DNA of 64,000 bases from Marsupella aquatica. Its lineage: Eukaryota; Plantae; Marchantiophyta. The notes below the pieces were generated by a model that was given only the letters and a program-made list of their open reading frames with translations, was not told where the DNA came from and made no database searches. How positions within the stretch are numbered: position 1 is the first letter of the stretch; every line of letters starts with the position of its first letter. The stretch is from the NCBI GenBank assembly GCA_973895155.1, contig OZ316894.1, positions 2,620,457 through 2,684,456 on the forward strand, written 5' to 3'. This document shows positions 48,139 to 62,870 of the stretch, piece after piece. A program made the translations under genes and the position numbers.

Positions 48139-49100
48139 TGTGCCAAGCTTCCCCCGCCCCCCTAGGTAGTCCTCACAGCAGAAAATGAGGAGTTTGAAGG
48201 GCAAGGGCCAGAAACTTTTGGGCCCTTCACCATCCCACCTTTGATATATGAATAAGACAACATATTTGCCCTGTAGAATGAAGGAAAAGAAGCTACAAAT
48301 TCGCAGGTGACCGGGCAGGGCACACATTGTAGCAGATTATGTCAGGATTTGAGATGACCTTTTTGCCCCTAATTCAGGAATCTAAAGGGCCTCATTTTTG
48401 CAGGAGAGCCCCCAAGAACTGTGGGGATGTTAAAAAAAAACCCACCATTACTCCTTTTGCTGGGTGACCATACTCTTTGTTTTAGCTGGCAAGATGCTTG
48501 GCCACGTGTCCCCTAGTCTGTCCTCATCCTAAAACCCAATTTCTTCCGGCTTCCACTGATGAGTTTTCCGCCCCAAACCCCCATCTCTCTACTGTAGCCT
48601 GTAGGTGCCTCCTTGTTTGAATGTTGATTGATTCAATTGTTTGGGGTTTTGAATGCAAGAGAAGAACAGCTTTTATCTCTTCAATCGACTGCTTCGAATA
48701 TTGAAAGTTGTACCCGGGCCCTTTCCCTCTGCTCCATCTTGTCTTCTGCTCTGTCCCGAAACAACAACGAATTCGAAGAATCTCTCGGGTTGGTGATGGA
48801 TCTCATGTTTCAAATTTGTTTCTGACTTTGTGGATGTTCAGGTCATTATCTCGGATAGTTCATTTTTCAGATTTTTCGTCTGTGCTTCTTTGGATGGTCC
48901 GGTGATTCTCTCGGATTAGTCTCTCCTCAATGGTTTTTGTGCTTCCAGGCATGCAGCTACGAGACGGAATTCGACTGTTCCGGTAGATGCTTTTGATGGA
49001 AATAGAGGGGAAAAGTCAGGGAATAGAAAGATGGTTTTGAGGAGCAAGTTTGCACATTCTGTGCGTGAAATATCTGTCCCAGACGTCGGGAGGGAGTGCA

Positions 49101-52100
49101 ATGCTGGGCAACATTTTGCGCTCTGTGCCAGTCCGGAATACTACTCTGTCGTTGCAGCCATTGCACCATCGGAGCTTTTTCTCAAGCCTATACAGCAGCA
49201 GGAATTCGAGATGGATCGGATTTAGGAAAGTGTGGGGTTTGCCTCCTCCGTCAAGGACCGGCTTACTTCAGACGTCGTTGAAAAATAGAGGGGTTGGGAA
49301 TCTGAGGTCAATCATGGGTGGTGTGGAGGGTTCTTCTAGTGCTGGAGGAGGCACGGTCGCCTCCTCTCATAAACATACAAACCGGCTGGCGAAAGAGGAA
49401 AGCCCTTATCTGCTACAGCATGCCCACAATCCGGTAAGGTTTGCCGAATCGTTGGTCCTAAAGTTCTCTATTTCGCATGAGCAAAAATATGGAATCGTCA
49501 GTTTGGTACTGTAAGTTCATCCCCAATTTCAATGGCTGCTGAGACACACAAGTTGACAAAAGCCAAAGATCTGAAAATCCTTGCAATTTTCAGTCTGACT
49601 GCAACTTCTTCTCCCTTTATTTTGGTCGTCATGGTATGGAGTATATCTAATTCTACAAACTGGTATTTGAAACAATAATTTGGACTGCGAGTCTGTGAAG
49701 GCAAGATGGTTTTTCGTTTGGTGCCCCAGAACTGTAAATCGAATGATTCTAGTGACTTCAAGTGTTTATTACCCCTGTGTAAACCATAGGAATGCCAGGA
49801 CTTAGAAAGAATAGTCCGTTCTCCAAACAACGGAGCTCATATGATCTGTTAATAATTGTTCCAAGATTAGAAAACTGACACCATATTCTAGACGGGCCGA
49901 TTTTAGAATCGAGTAGGAGAAGTATGTGCCGAAGAACTGGGTCCATTCAGTCGTTTCCAGGGAGTGCTACACTCTTGCTGCAAGTCCAAGGTAGATGGAA
50001 GTAACAAATATCCGATGCAACCCCACTTCCTCGTCCACTTGCTTGAATATGGACGGAGAACCTTTCTCATTTATTTTCATTCATGGCTTCTTCTTCGTTT
50101 TCCTTTCCGAGAGTACTTTTCCTTGCTGGTGGAACCCTGGTCATTTCTATCCCCACAATCCATGATTCTTTGAAAGAGTTCTGGAGTGCCTTTCTCCCAC
50201 GTTAACGTTAGTTGAAAGTTGAGCCAACATCTTCTCGGTGTGCACCGTCATCTATTGAATGCAGAGCTAGAAATATGTTCATTACCCAAATCAAGGAATC
50301 CAGCTTCATACTCGGGATTTTGTCGAGCCCTTTATGGCGGCGGTGGGCTTGGAATCTTATTTTCAGGTGGACTGGTATCCTTGGGGAGATGAAGCCTTTG
50401 CAAAAGCTCATGCAGAAGGCAAGCCCATATTTTTATCAGGTATTCATGTCAATTCATCTTTTCGTTTGATGACATCTTTCCGTATACCACATGTTCAATT
50501 TGCAGTTTAGTGCCAAAATTGCTCTCCTAAGTGAAAGTGGACTGCTAATACGTTATGACCATATCTCTGTTGACATGTAATGACTGGGGTACCTACATCA
50601 AAAGTTGGATACAGCACTTGTCACTGGTGCGTACGTTGCATGTTCCACCTGGTCCTGGTAAAGGTTAGAGTACGGACTCGTTTAAACTTCTAGAGATGTT
50701 ATAATAGAGAGGAATTGCATAGAGGAAGTAAGAGGAATAAGGAGCCTATCTCCAGATGTGATTGAACAAAGTGTCCTGTAGGTAAATAACCAGTTTACCG
50801 GCTAAGCCAGCGTTTAAGAATATTTACCTACCTTTACTTGACCATAAGCGGTTGGTATGAACAGGTGCCATGTAATGGAAGTGGAATCCTTTGAAAGTGA
50901 GGAAGTTGCAAAGCTCATGAATGATTGGTTTGTCAACATCAAGGTGGATAGAGAAGAGCGTCCAGATGTTGATAAGGTGAGCCAATTTCGACTATTCTTC
51001 CAATTAGCTAAAGTTTAATGGAGATGTTCGAGTAATCTTCTCAACGACGTGGTGTTCCAGCGGCTCCTACAGTTTCTGAATTGCAACCCTGTAGATGCTA
51101 ATCGGCAGAATATGTGGAGCTGACGACTGCTCCTGTTGACAGGTATATATGACCTATGTGCAAGCCACTCAAGGAGGTGGTGGCTGGCCAATGAGTGTAT
51201 TTCTCACACCGGAGCTCAAGCCGATTGTTGGAGGAACTTATTTTCCGCCAGACGATAATTATGGCCGACTTGGCTTCAAGACGGTGCTGCGGTGTGGCTT
51301 CTACTCATCCCGGGTTCACCTCTCATTTGCAATTCACTTTGAGTCATTTGGCACTCAAGTTATGATTTCAACCAAGTGAATATTCTCCATTTTTTAATGA
51401 AGCCATCACTAGTAAAACATAAGACTCTTTATAGGTATCACTGTGTTCATCCAGCGAAAAATACTGACAACACTGTGCATGCCAAGTACTGTTGTTTCTT
51501 GACAGGACAATATCGCAACAAGTATTGTAGCTGCAGTAAGTAAAACATTGGGTCATTCCTTGGTTTCGTTAGTGCAAGTATTGAATTGACCTAGGGATGT
51601 CGTCGATTTGCACAGACGAGTGCATGAGGTGTGGAACGACAAGAAGGATGCTCTGCGAGAGGCTGGACATCAGATTGTCAAACAGCTTGCGGAGGCCTCA
51701 ACTGCCAACTCTACTTCACAGGACCTGCCAGAAGGAACTGCCGAGCAAGCCATCCGGTCATGTGTAAGCCAGGTAAAAGATTTCCAAGCCATTTCTTTTG
51801 GCAATTTGTACGGTCTTAGTAGCTACCCTCCTGGAGACCTCTTTCAGTGGCCTTGTAGGATGAATACCCTTGTAATTTCTACCCTAGTCCACAGGAATTG
51901 CTAAAAAGCTTGTTTAAATCCCACTCATTCGTTCTCTATTTGTATTGTATTAGAGTTTCATAGGCGTGGCTACTCTGACGCAGCCTTGGATCTGATCGTA
52001 CTTTCTTTCATGTACGTGTCTGACGCAACCTGGGATCGGTGCGCAGTTAGCGAAAGGATTTGATCCAAAACTGGGTGGATTTGGAGGACCCCCAAAGTTC

Positions 52101-55100
52101 CCACGACCTGTAGAGATCAAGGCAATTTTTCAGAGATACAAGCGACTTGAGCAAAGTGGCAAGGAGACAGCTGCAAGCAAGTCACTAGAAATGGCTCTTT
52201 TCACTTTACGTTGCATGGCGCGAGGTGGAATGCATGATCACATTGGGGGTGGTTTTCATCGTTATAGTGTCGATGAATACTGGCATGGTTTGTGCTCCTT
52301 TCCTTGGATTCATGATCTTCTTCAAGTCTTCTTACAAGTCCTAAGTTTCGTATAACAGTCGAAGACCTGCTTGAGAGGGAGAGATAAAATAAAACCTTTG
52401 TAACGAACTGGATGGTGGCAGGAGGAAAAATAATGGAAGGAAGAAAGCTATAGTAGGTTGTTTGTTTGGAAATTTGAACTAACACATACCTTATGTATCA
52501 GTGCCACACTTTGAGAAAATGCTCTATGATCAAGGGCAGCTTGTAAATGTTTACTTGGATGCCTTTGCAATCACGAAATCTCCACAGTATTCCGTGGTTG
52601 CGCGGGATGTCTTGGATTACCTTCGAAGAGGTATGACACATCCAGGCGGGGGCATTTTCTCCGCTGAGGACGCAGATAGTGCAGAGTCTGAGAGTTCCAC
52701 GAAAAAGAAAGAGGGTTCTTTTTATGTCTGGACAAGTGAAGAGGTTTGCAACTTAGTCCCTGCCTTTTGCGTAATTTTTTGCAAGGCTCAGTTGGAAACA
52801 TTTCTGCAAGGTTTTGCATTTCTAGGTAGAGATGCGATTGTGTCGAAATGATATTCTGGATGTGATATCTTGGGCTGTGGGTTTTTACTGAACGTCTTTC
52901 TAGTGTGGGTCTCTGAACTGATTTGGACTTTTAGTGCCTGATATGTATGGTCAAAGGTCGGACATACCTAATTGTGTAATTGCGCAGCAAAACCTATATC
53001 CCCTCCAACTCATTTGTTGCTCTTTTCTGGTTGTCGTTGGAAAGATTGAGACTCTCCTTGGCAAAGAAAGGGCAGCAGTTTTTGCGACCCACTACTATGT
53101 AAAACCTGGCGGTAACTGTGACCTTTCTCGGGGGAGTGATCCTCACAATGAGTTCACTGGAAAGAATGTCCTTACTGACCGCCAAGGATTGGCTGAGACA
53201 GCAGCAAAGGTGGCCATGTCAGTGGAGGAGCTAGATAACGAGCTGGGAAAGTCTCGAGAGGAGTTATATGGTCACAGACAGAGGCGACCACGTCCTCATC
53301 TAGATGATAAGGTGCAGAATATTCTTATGACTCCCCCTCAAGAAAAAAATAAGCAGAGATTATTGGGGTCTTAACGAGCAGATTTGTTTATCCTTGATAT
53401 CTGATTATACAAAGATGAGAGTGTGCTGAAGTGTGGTCGTTTGCGTTAATTGGCTCTGTGCCCTATAAGGACCATACTCTCGTCGGATCTGCCGTTTCGA
53501 CCAATTGTCTGTCTTTTGTATTCGCTGGGAGTATTATGATGTTCTGTGGGGACCGTAAACTCGATTCTTTCACTTGAGCCTGACATTTTTCGCTCATTCT
53601 TGAACAATTTTCTCTAGAAACCTTTCATTTTCAACCTCGTAGTTGTCTCCTTTTGATAGAACTGGGTTCTTTGTGGTATGAGCATGGAAGGAGCCGTCCT
53701 TATGGAAAGATATAAGGTAGTTATCAAGGCTTGGGTGCAAATGAGTATGAAAATGATCTTTTCAGGATTGAATGGAACCTGGTACAGGTAATCGTTGCAT
53801 GGAATGGTCTGGCGATTTCGGCCTTTGCTCGTGCATCCAGGATTTTGAAGACAGAAGAAATCCTGAACTATAATTTTCCCGTCACTGGATGTGATGTAAG
53901 CCCTCTTCCTCTCGTCTTTGTCTTGTGTTGTTAACTATTTCTTTTTGGTAAGCCCTCTCTGTGTGGCCGCTTCGCCTATTTTGGTTATAACATAGCCTCA
54001 CGGGTTCCTAGTGGACAATGTATCCCAACCATCACATAGGCCGTGTTCAGGAATAATGTACCAGCTGTCTTTCTCTCTGTTCATTGAAAATTCTGGGCAC
54101 ATTCAGAGTTCTTGGTCTCTTGAATTGAGTTGTGCACTTTGTACAGTCCAGGGAATATAGAGTTGCTGCAGAAGGAGCAGCGCAGTTTATCAGAACAAAA
54201 CTGTATAATGAGACAACGAAGCGCCTCTGTCGAAGTTACCGCAAAGGACCTTCCGAAGCTCCTGGGTTTGTGGACGACTATGCTTTTCTGATTGCGGGGC
54301 TTTTGGATTTGTATGAAGCTGGTGGTGCCCCTGAGTGGCTGGCCTGGGCTCTTGACCTTCAGACGGCACAGGTTCGTACATTATTTTCCATGTACCTGTA
54401 TGTTCCTTCAGTAGAAAACCATACCCGATTTGGAATCACTGTGAGACAAAATGGATTTTGTATTCAGACGAGCCGAAACGCGGTAATTTGGGGCCTCTGG
54501 ACGAAAATCCGCGCCACTGTATCTGCAGGCATTGAAGGGAAGGTTTTGAGAAGATTCCGATGTCGGCCTCTGAAAAAGAGGATTGATCTGTGCTAGCAAC
54601 ATTTCGACAATTTTACTTATATCTGGAAAATATTCTGAGACTAGACAATTAAAGTCTGAAAAACTCGTGAATTTATTTTTGCACCGACTTCTGCAAACCG
54701 AACTGATTTCCTACTGGTGTTTCTGTAGTTCTTCCCGTTAAATTTTAACTGAATTCGACGTGAAATGTCCTCAGCAGAAGCACGGCAGAGTGCACGAGTG
54801 TCGTGTTTGGAGAACAATAACAGTGGATTCTCTCTACTACATGTTACAGGATGATGAATTCTTGGATGCAAATGTCCTCAATACAAACACGGCAGTGAGT
54901 GTCGTGCTTGGAGAACAATAACAGTGGATTCTCTCTATTACATGTTACAGGATGATCAATTCTTGGATGAGGTGGGGGGTGGTTATTACAGTACACAGGA
55001 AAGAGATAGTTCCATTCTCTTCAGGGTCAAAGATGATTATGATGGCGCTGAGCCATCTGGGAATTCTATGGCTGCCATAAATCTTCTACGGCTGGGATCC

Positions 55101-56181
55101 ATGCTAACTGGCGCCAAGTCTGAATCATATCTTCGCACAGCGGAGCATCTCCTGGTATGCCCTTGGAGGATCCTTTTCCCCCCACTTTTCTTTTCTTCTT
55201 TTCTGGTTTGATCTCTTTTCATTGATTTTTTTCTTTTCTTTCTACAAGGAGTTTCTTGAAAGGAGAAGCTGGGAATGTGCTACGAGTCTGTTGTAGTTTT
55301 CTTCCATTGGTTGTTGTTAGAGCTCGTTTCCATTCCCCAGGTTATTGAGCAACTGACCTTGAGATTCAATTTGTATATTATTGCTTTTGTTCTCTGTCTT
55401 TGTGGGACAAGTTGTACCATTCCCTAATGAGAATGTTCTTTCTGAAATTCTGCAGTGTGTCTTCGAACCAAGAGTGAGAGAAGTGGCGCTGGCAGTTCCT
55501 CTGATGTGCTGTGCCTGTGATCTGTTTGCTGGGCCATCCAAGCGTCAAATTGTTATTGCTGGTGTAAAGCAGGCCCCAGACACAGAGGCTCTAGTGGATG
55601 CTGCGTATTATACTTATGACCCTGATAAGATAGTATGACTCTATTGCTTCCTCCCTCTCATTTGAGTGTATATCATTTTCTTGATGTTCAAAATTCGTTT
55701 GTTTAATTAAATTCAATTGAAAGCATCACATCTTAAATCCACGTATCTCATCTTCGTTTGTCTATGAAGTGACCGATGGCATGACATAGTTAGACCGTGG
55801 CTTAGGCAATATCAGATCAGATAGTATATAAAATAGTATGTATATCATATGTTATTTAATTTTTGAAATTGTGTATTTCTTAAACTTTGTTTCCCTCATC
55901 TGTGTGTTAGCTGACACTCCCTTGGCCTCTTACATATCAATGTGCAGATTTTGCAGATAGATGAAACGAATGCCCAGGACCGTGAATTTTGGCAAAAACA
56001 CAATCCTAATGCCTTAGCGATGGCCAGGAAGAGTCGTGAGGGGAAGGCAGTCGCATATGTTTGTCAAAACTTTGCCTGCTTGGCTCCAATCGAAGATCCC
56101 AAGGATTTGAAGCAAACTTTGAGACAGGCCCCCTCTGCACCAAAGCTCACTACTTTTAAGCTTGGAGCTACCCCAAAGTGA
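49101..56181 (+). CDS. SPATA20: SPATA20/YyaL-family protein (thioredoxin-like domain + alpha/alpha barrel), multi-exon
   Basis: [38 protein letters not shown] (spans a 22-nt micro-exon at 50605-50626), [51 protein letters not shown]. Second in-frame ATG at 49314. Confidence 0.95.
54763..54969 (+). repeat. Tandem duplication of an intron 3' end plus exon start within SPATA20
   Basis: AAATGTCCTCA...GGAGAACAATAACAGTGGATTCTCTCTAYTACATGTTACAG|GATGATSAATTCTTGGATG occurs twice. Confidence 0.9.
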
Positions 56182-59100
56182 GAACCCTCCAATTAAATCG
56201 TAGATTTTCGGACTGGAAAGTGTAACAGTCATGTACCATATTGAGTCCATCTGAAAGAGGTGAAGATGTTCGATAGTTAAGAACAGGAACTGGCACCACT
56301 TTAAATATGGATATCTTATCAGTGTAATAGTGCGTGCACTGACATCCCTTTTTTATCCTTATTAATATCGTACGTTACCTCGGGGCGCTACGGATCGGTA
56401 GTGTGCTTAAACAATAGCATCAACGGCTGTGAAAATGAGCACATCTAAAGCGTGGACTGATCATTTCTGATCATTCATGCTTTGTATGAAACAACTTTTG
56501 AGCTCCATAATCACTGGTGGGTCTGCAAAACAAGCAAATGTTGTGCAGTGTAGTCTGGAATTTCCTGATCACTTATTTCTTATTTGGAATTGCTGCGATA
56601 GAACGGGACAAGGTGAATTGGTCTAATCGGGTATACTTTTTAGATGATTGACTGGACTGGATCAGTGTGCATCCTACTGTGTAAAAAACCCGACTAGAAT
56701 TGTACCAGGCCTGGTCAGAACTGAAGGCTACCTGTCATAAGAAAGAGCTGAGTTTTTTAACGCATCGGAATGAAGGACATGTGGCCATGCAAAGCCAAGC
56801 CAAGCAAAGGAGACCTGCAAGTAGGAACGTAGCTCAAGTGTGGATCAGATTCCTCACGCCTCCAATGGATTTTACATGAACCGTTAACTGACGTTCTGAT
56901 ATCAGTGATTGAAGTTTGTTCAATGCTCCGTTTCATCCATCAACTGGTCGCTAATCTCAGTCTTCCAAATCCCTGGGATCTCCGTACTTTTCTACCTGTC
57001 TCTGTGTTAATAGGTAACCTTTGAGTCGCGCATCTGTGCTGGTCCAAATCCTGAGGAGAGCCAAAATACGGCAGAGAGACTGGTCTGAGGTCTTCAAACT
57101 TATCATTGGTGACCTTCAATGGAAGTTGTGTAGGAGGCATGAAACGTGCAGAATTTGTAAGTATGCATAACTTCAACAGCTTCCTAGATTGGCCACAAAT
57201 TCGGTACAGTACCTTTTGCTGATCATCAGGAAACCACAGTACACTTGCCTCCATACTAAAAGCTGTCTCAATAGTCAGTACGCTGTTGTGCACAGCAAGC
57301 CTAGACATCACAGTTGATATTCTGCCTAAAAGGCCTGATTATAACGTGGCTACCTCGTCACCTGGGGCCCTCAAGTCATTCCCCTATATGCTATAGGTGG
57401 GCACTATGACGTTTGACAATGAGACATCCACTGTTTAGGAATCGGCCCTGACGTCAGGGCAAGGGTGTCTCGTACGTGCTGACGCTTCCCACCATCACTG
57501 CTATGGATAGATCATTCTGCTCCAGTGTCCTGGCGTTCACTTTTCCTTTGGGGTCTTGCAATTTTCCCCTGTTTTTCGCTTGGTTGGATGACCAACAACC
57601 GATCACATGTACCTCATGCAACGAGTAAACAGTGATACTGGGGAGATAAAGGACGTAGTTATACTGCAAGGGCTGGTTTTCTCACTCTTCTCTAATGTTC
57701 CCTCTTTGACTTCATTTCCCTACAGCAGATTCCCTGAGAACTGCTCTCTGTAGAACTATTGTTGTTTCTTTCAGCTTTCCTTCGTTGATTTCGTGTTCCT
57801 GTAGCAGGTGTTCTAAGAACTGTTTTTTTTAGAGCTGCTATTGTTTCTTTCAGGTTGACTTCCTTGTTAGTGATGCAATTAACCCTCATTCCTGCAAACG
57901 ACAAATAGCGGTCTTTTGCTTGTGAAATTGAACTCTAGCAAGGAAGCTACCAAATTTGTGCAATTAGTGAATTGGCCTATGGCGAAAAGAACCAATGCTT
58001 TTTGCGGGTGAATTTGGGACTAAGAGTATGTGATTCCTTGCCAGCATATTCTCAGAACCAATTTGGTCACAGGCGTCTGAACCGTTTGTAACAAATCATT
58101 CTGCCTCCTCGTTTGCATGCATGTTCCTATTTGTGCGACCGAAACTGTTCGAAACTCATTTATTTATTTCATGGTGGTGAGTAGTTTCGTCATTAGAATG
58201 TGGAGACCTATACTTGGTGGGGCCTCTAGCCTACGCCTTCCACTTGGTGAGTCCCGTGCCCAAAGTATTCACTTGGTGGGCCTCCCAAGGACTATTTTAA
58301 TCCGAGTAGTTTCTTTAGGTAGGTAGTGTATTGTTCATTTCACCTCAACTTTAGGAATAAAATAGTGGCAATTTAAAAAATAACAAATTAAGGGAAAATC
58401 ATTGAAACCCCACATATCTAAATTAATTTTATTTTTTGGAAAGGGAACACCAGAAGCCACATACAACATTTGAGTCCGAGACTTTGGCTAAAATAGCAAC
58501 AAATTTGTAGATGCAGGGTTCAATGTTCATGGAGAGCTACTCTAGTACAATGTTCACCATAATTAGAGTTATGTATACTTAGCTTTACTACCAAATTAGT
58601 GTTAGAAACACTAATTTTTTTTAAGTGATCTTGATTCCAGAGTTGCACTAATTATATTAGAACATTAGAAATCATTATATCAGAATTTATTAGTTTTATA
58701 TAAAGTGCTGGTAAAAAATAGATGAATTTGAGTCAATGTAACACATAAATATTGTGGAATTTTCAAAATAGATTTTCCTCCAATATTTTTCCACTCTTGA
58801 CACCAAGGTAATGCTAATTCATATGCGCAGAGTTAGAGTTATAGCAGATTTAGTGTAACAGTAATTCAAGGGAAGAGCCCAAAAATGTCTGCTCTTGCAT
58901 TAGTGTGACGAATACTTTGCTGTGAACAGTCTAGATCTCCTTACATTTGTGGACAGCCATTTGATTCTGGCTACTAGGTACATATGTTGACTGTATTTTT
59001 AGCCACTGCTTTTGTAAGGGGAAATTTACAAAACTTGGTCATAAGGTGTCTTTACAAGAAGTGGGGACCCAAAGTTTTTTATATTCCCTGTGCGAGTATA

Positions 59101-59827
59101 TCTGGGTTATACAATTATGAAATGGTTGTACTTGGCTTTACAACTGGGCCCCATTCAAGTATGGTGTCTCCCGATCCTATATGGCAAAAAGCAGTGGTCC
59201 CAACGAAATGCTGATGCAGAGTGCTTCTTTTCTGGATTTTAGATCACTCCCGAGGAAGTCCAAAACATTTCCAAACCTTGGCTGCTTGGGATTTGCATTA
59301 TTGCGTTTCATAGACTTTGGTGAGAAAAAATTCACAAGAGACTCAGATATCTTGTAAATCAACCCCTAGTCTGCTCTTCCTTTTGCTGGTTTGCTGCTCC
59401 CTCACACTCTCGTCCTCATTCACGCACATCAGCAGCTTTTTCAACCAGAGGGGTAAGTTTACAAGGTGATTGGAAAGGGGAATTTAATTCTGCATCCTTA
59501 GAGGTATCCTTACGCTATTTAAAGTGTCATGCTTTTGTAGAGTCTGTTGGACAGTACAAGCTCAAAGCTTGGGCAATCTTGGGAAGTTTAATTAGTTCAT
59601 CTTCTGGGCTTCAATATGCTGGCCCACACAACTGCCCCCAAACTGCCTGTTTAGCAAACCAAATCCTGCACATAGGTGTGCATAAGCTATCTAAGAGCCA
59701 TCTTGCATGTTGAAAACATCTTTGAAATTGTCAACGAACAAATGAGATCAGCTGGCCAGGGGATGATCAGATAACTGAGAGGTCCCAGATTCAATCCCTC
59801 ATCCCACATGCAATGGTTGTCTGAGGA

Positions 59828-59829
<2 letters not shown>

Positions 59830-59877
<48 letters not shown>
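59830..59877. repeat. (GT)n microsatellite
   Basis: Uninterrupted GT run. Confidence 0.98.
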
Positions 59878-59879
<2 letters not shown>

Positions 59880-62839
59880 TGCTTTCTCGTGAGCCCCTGG
59901 CTGGTCTTTTTTGGGACCCTGGTTCAATTTTCTCTCCCTCCTGGTCTGGGTCCCTCTCAGATCCCTGGGTATGACCCCCTTGTGGCTACCCTATAGAGGC
60001 TCATGCTCCGGAGTTGATAGTCTATCATCTGTTGGATGGGTCAGCTTTTGGTTTCAAGGCAAAAGTGAAAAAGATCAAATCTGACAGGACTCCAAAGACA
60101 GAAAACCCAATAAGGGGGAGAAAGCAAAGGAAAACCCCAAAGATCAAAGCAGGCAAGTCACCCCAAAAGGCTAAGAACTAAATTACACCCTACTGAGCTC
60201 CAGTGTATACTGCACACTGGGGTCACAAGGAGGGGATTGACTGGAGGCCCTCAAGCCAACCGCCAGGACTCTACTATTTATTATGTGCTTTGTTCCAGAC
60301 TATCTTGGGCGGGTTCAAATGTAGCAGGTGCTTGTGATAATTACAGAACCAGGGTTTCCCACCTCCAAGCCACTTAGGGAGGTTGTTCAATAGCAATTTG
60401 CCCCTAATAAAAAGTACATGGCAGATTCTCAGTGGCCAAGTTGTTTCTAAAACCTGTTGATTCTTTGAACCTAAATGGAGGTGGGGACATCCAAGCCCGC
60501 CGTCCATTTTTGTCAGCATCCAATTCCCGTTTCCCACTTGGGCCCCAACTTCAAATATGCCCCCCAATCACGACCTAGAGGTCTCACATTGACTCAAGAC
60601 CTTGAAGAGTTGCTTTTGATCATACAATAAGATAAGATTCTATTAAACCACAACTACCTGTATACGAGGCAGGGGTTATCTTTAGCTCTCCTTTCATAAT
60701 GGACACCTTTTAGTTTCACTAGGGCTCCACTTTTTATGGCCAGTATTCTGTTCACCTAGGGCAACACTATGCCAACAGAGAATCGGGCCCTTTTATATGG
60801 GCGGAAGAAAATATCAACCTGGGTTTAACCAAGCCAGTTACGTAGCTTGTTCCACAGCAAGTTTCCCCTAAAAGAAAGGTACAAGCCGGAATTCTAAGCG
60901 GCCAAGTTATTTACTAATTTAAAAAACTTCGAATCCAGAGTCCAGACACGCCGCTTGGGCCAGGACACGCCTGAAACGGACATTATTGCCCAGGAGTTTG
61001 TCGGTCTCCGCTTACGACACAGCAAGTACTCCGTAGGCCATACGGTATCCCACCGGACAGCAGACACATACGCACCTTCACGAAGCGCGGGCCGTAGATC
61101 GTTCTGGATCGACGGAACGCCATTGAGCAGCACGTCACTCTCCCATTCCCCAACGAACGTACCGTAACTGCCAACCCGGGGATTCCGACATCCCCTCGCA
61201 GCCGAGCACGCAGACGGGCGGCCAGGTCGGTCGGTCGGTTGCCTCAACAGCCAACGGTATACGATTCGACAAGTCGACGGTAAGGACGGCCGACCGCAGT
61301 ATGGGACAAAGTCCGTCACGTTACAGTCCACCGTGCAGTGTGGATGACTGCATTCCCAATTTCCCATGGTTGGGTGCATACCTGCAGGCTTGACATGTAC
61401 TGTAGTCCCTTATTAGGGCGATTGTAAATGCGACAAGAAATGCAGACTTTACAAAAGTGCATGTGACCATCACAAATGACACATACATAAGCATGTTTTT
61501 GGCTATATATGTACACATGCAATTCCTAGGTTATTGCTACCCCTACCATAACCTTATTGCATTTTCTTATAAATGTACAGTAGGTTATTTTGCCCATGCA
61601 CATATTGAGTACCGACGTGTCCATACAAATACAAAGAAATGCATTTCTGATATCTATCCACGTATTAGCACAATGTGCATACCACACATAAGTGTGAACT
61701 TGGGATATGTTTTCCAGAGCCTGCATCTTTACAAACACTAGGGGGTCTCAAATATAACCCCCACAATGCAGTCCTTTTCAGGTTTAGACTACAAATAAAT
61801 ATGTGGCACTCTGTGAGCCTAGCCCACACACTTGTGTTGCCCGGGTTTACCTTCTCCTGCTAGCCAGTTCCCCCACCCAGCCTGGCTGTTACCAGACCCA
61901 AAAAAATAAACTCAAAAAGTCTATGCACTAGTCAAAATCATTCACAGCACACATTAAGACATTGGGCCCATCACGAGGAAGAGTGAAATGACATGGATCT
62001 ATATTTGAGACTCCCTAGATTATAATAACACACTCTAGACTATAGTACACTGGAGCCTCCCAATGGATGCTCATCAGCCGTCGTGGGCAACTGCTACACC
62101 CTGAGGCCTGAGCTGGTTGGCTTGTAACGCCGTCCCTCCGCCCTCTACGGTCCGACCCTACCGTAGGGAAACCCCCTGAAGGTTCCGTCGCTACGGAAGG
62201 GGAAACTCCTGAGGGGTTCCCGTCTCTACTCCCTACCGTAGTCCGTGCTGACGGGAAATTGCTAAAAAGGGTCCATCACGCCCCCCGCCCCCCCCCCCGC
62301 CCCCCTCTCTCTCTCGCGCTCTCTCTCTCTCTAGTTCGAAAGAAAGAAGAAGGTCGAGATCGCTTTGGAGAAAAATGTTCTCGAGGCGGAAAAGGGCGGA
62401 AAAGAGCGGAAAAGAGCGGAGAAATCACTGTTGCGAGTACTTTTGCGAATCTTGAGAGAGGACTGACGACGATCTGACGATGAGAGGAGGGGAAGGGAAA
62501 GGAAAGGAGTAGAGGGTACTGAGAAAGAGAGTCGGGACACAATTTGTGAATAGGAAAAGCAGAGAGTTACGTTGATGTACAAGGGAGAGCGAGAGCTCGA
62601 GAGACGACGAGAACGGAATTCTAAAAAAGAGTGCGAAAAGGAGAAGCAGAGGTGGAGGAGGAGGAGGAGGAGCGGCACGTGCAAGGAGAGCCAGAAGGAA
62701 AGAAGAGGAGGAGAGGAAGGGGCGGAAGAGAAGGAACAGGTGTGGTGCGTGCGCTCAATATAGAGGTTGGAGAGGAAAGGAGGAAGGGAGGCAAGGAGGG
62801 AGGGACGAAGGAAGGAAGAAAAAAGGTTTGAAGGAATTG

Positions 62840-62840
<1 letters not shown>

Positions 62841-62867
<27 letters not shown>
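62841..62867. repeat. (GA)n microsatellite in a long purine-rich putative 5' UTR
   Basis: AGAGAG run inside the GA-rich tract 62330-63230. Confidence 0.9.

Positions 62868-62870
<3 letters not shown>

Noticed and set aside
60894-61379. 161-aa ORF in a CpG-rich patch
   Set aside because: No recognisable motif or splice structure; more likely a non-coding repeat or TE-derived segment whose ends I could not define.
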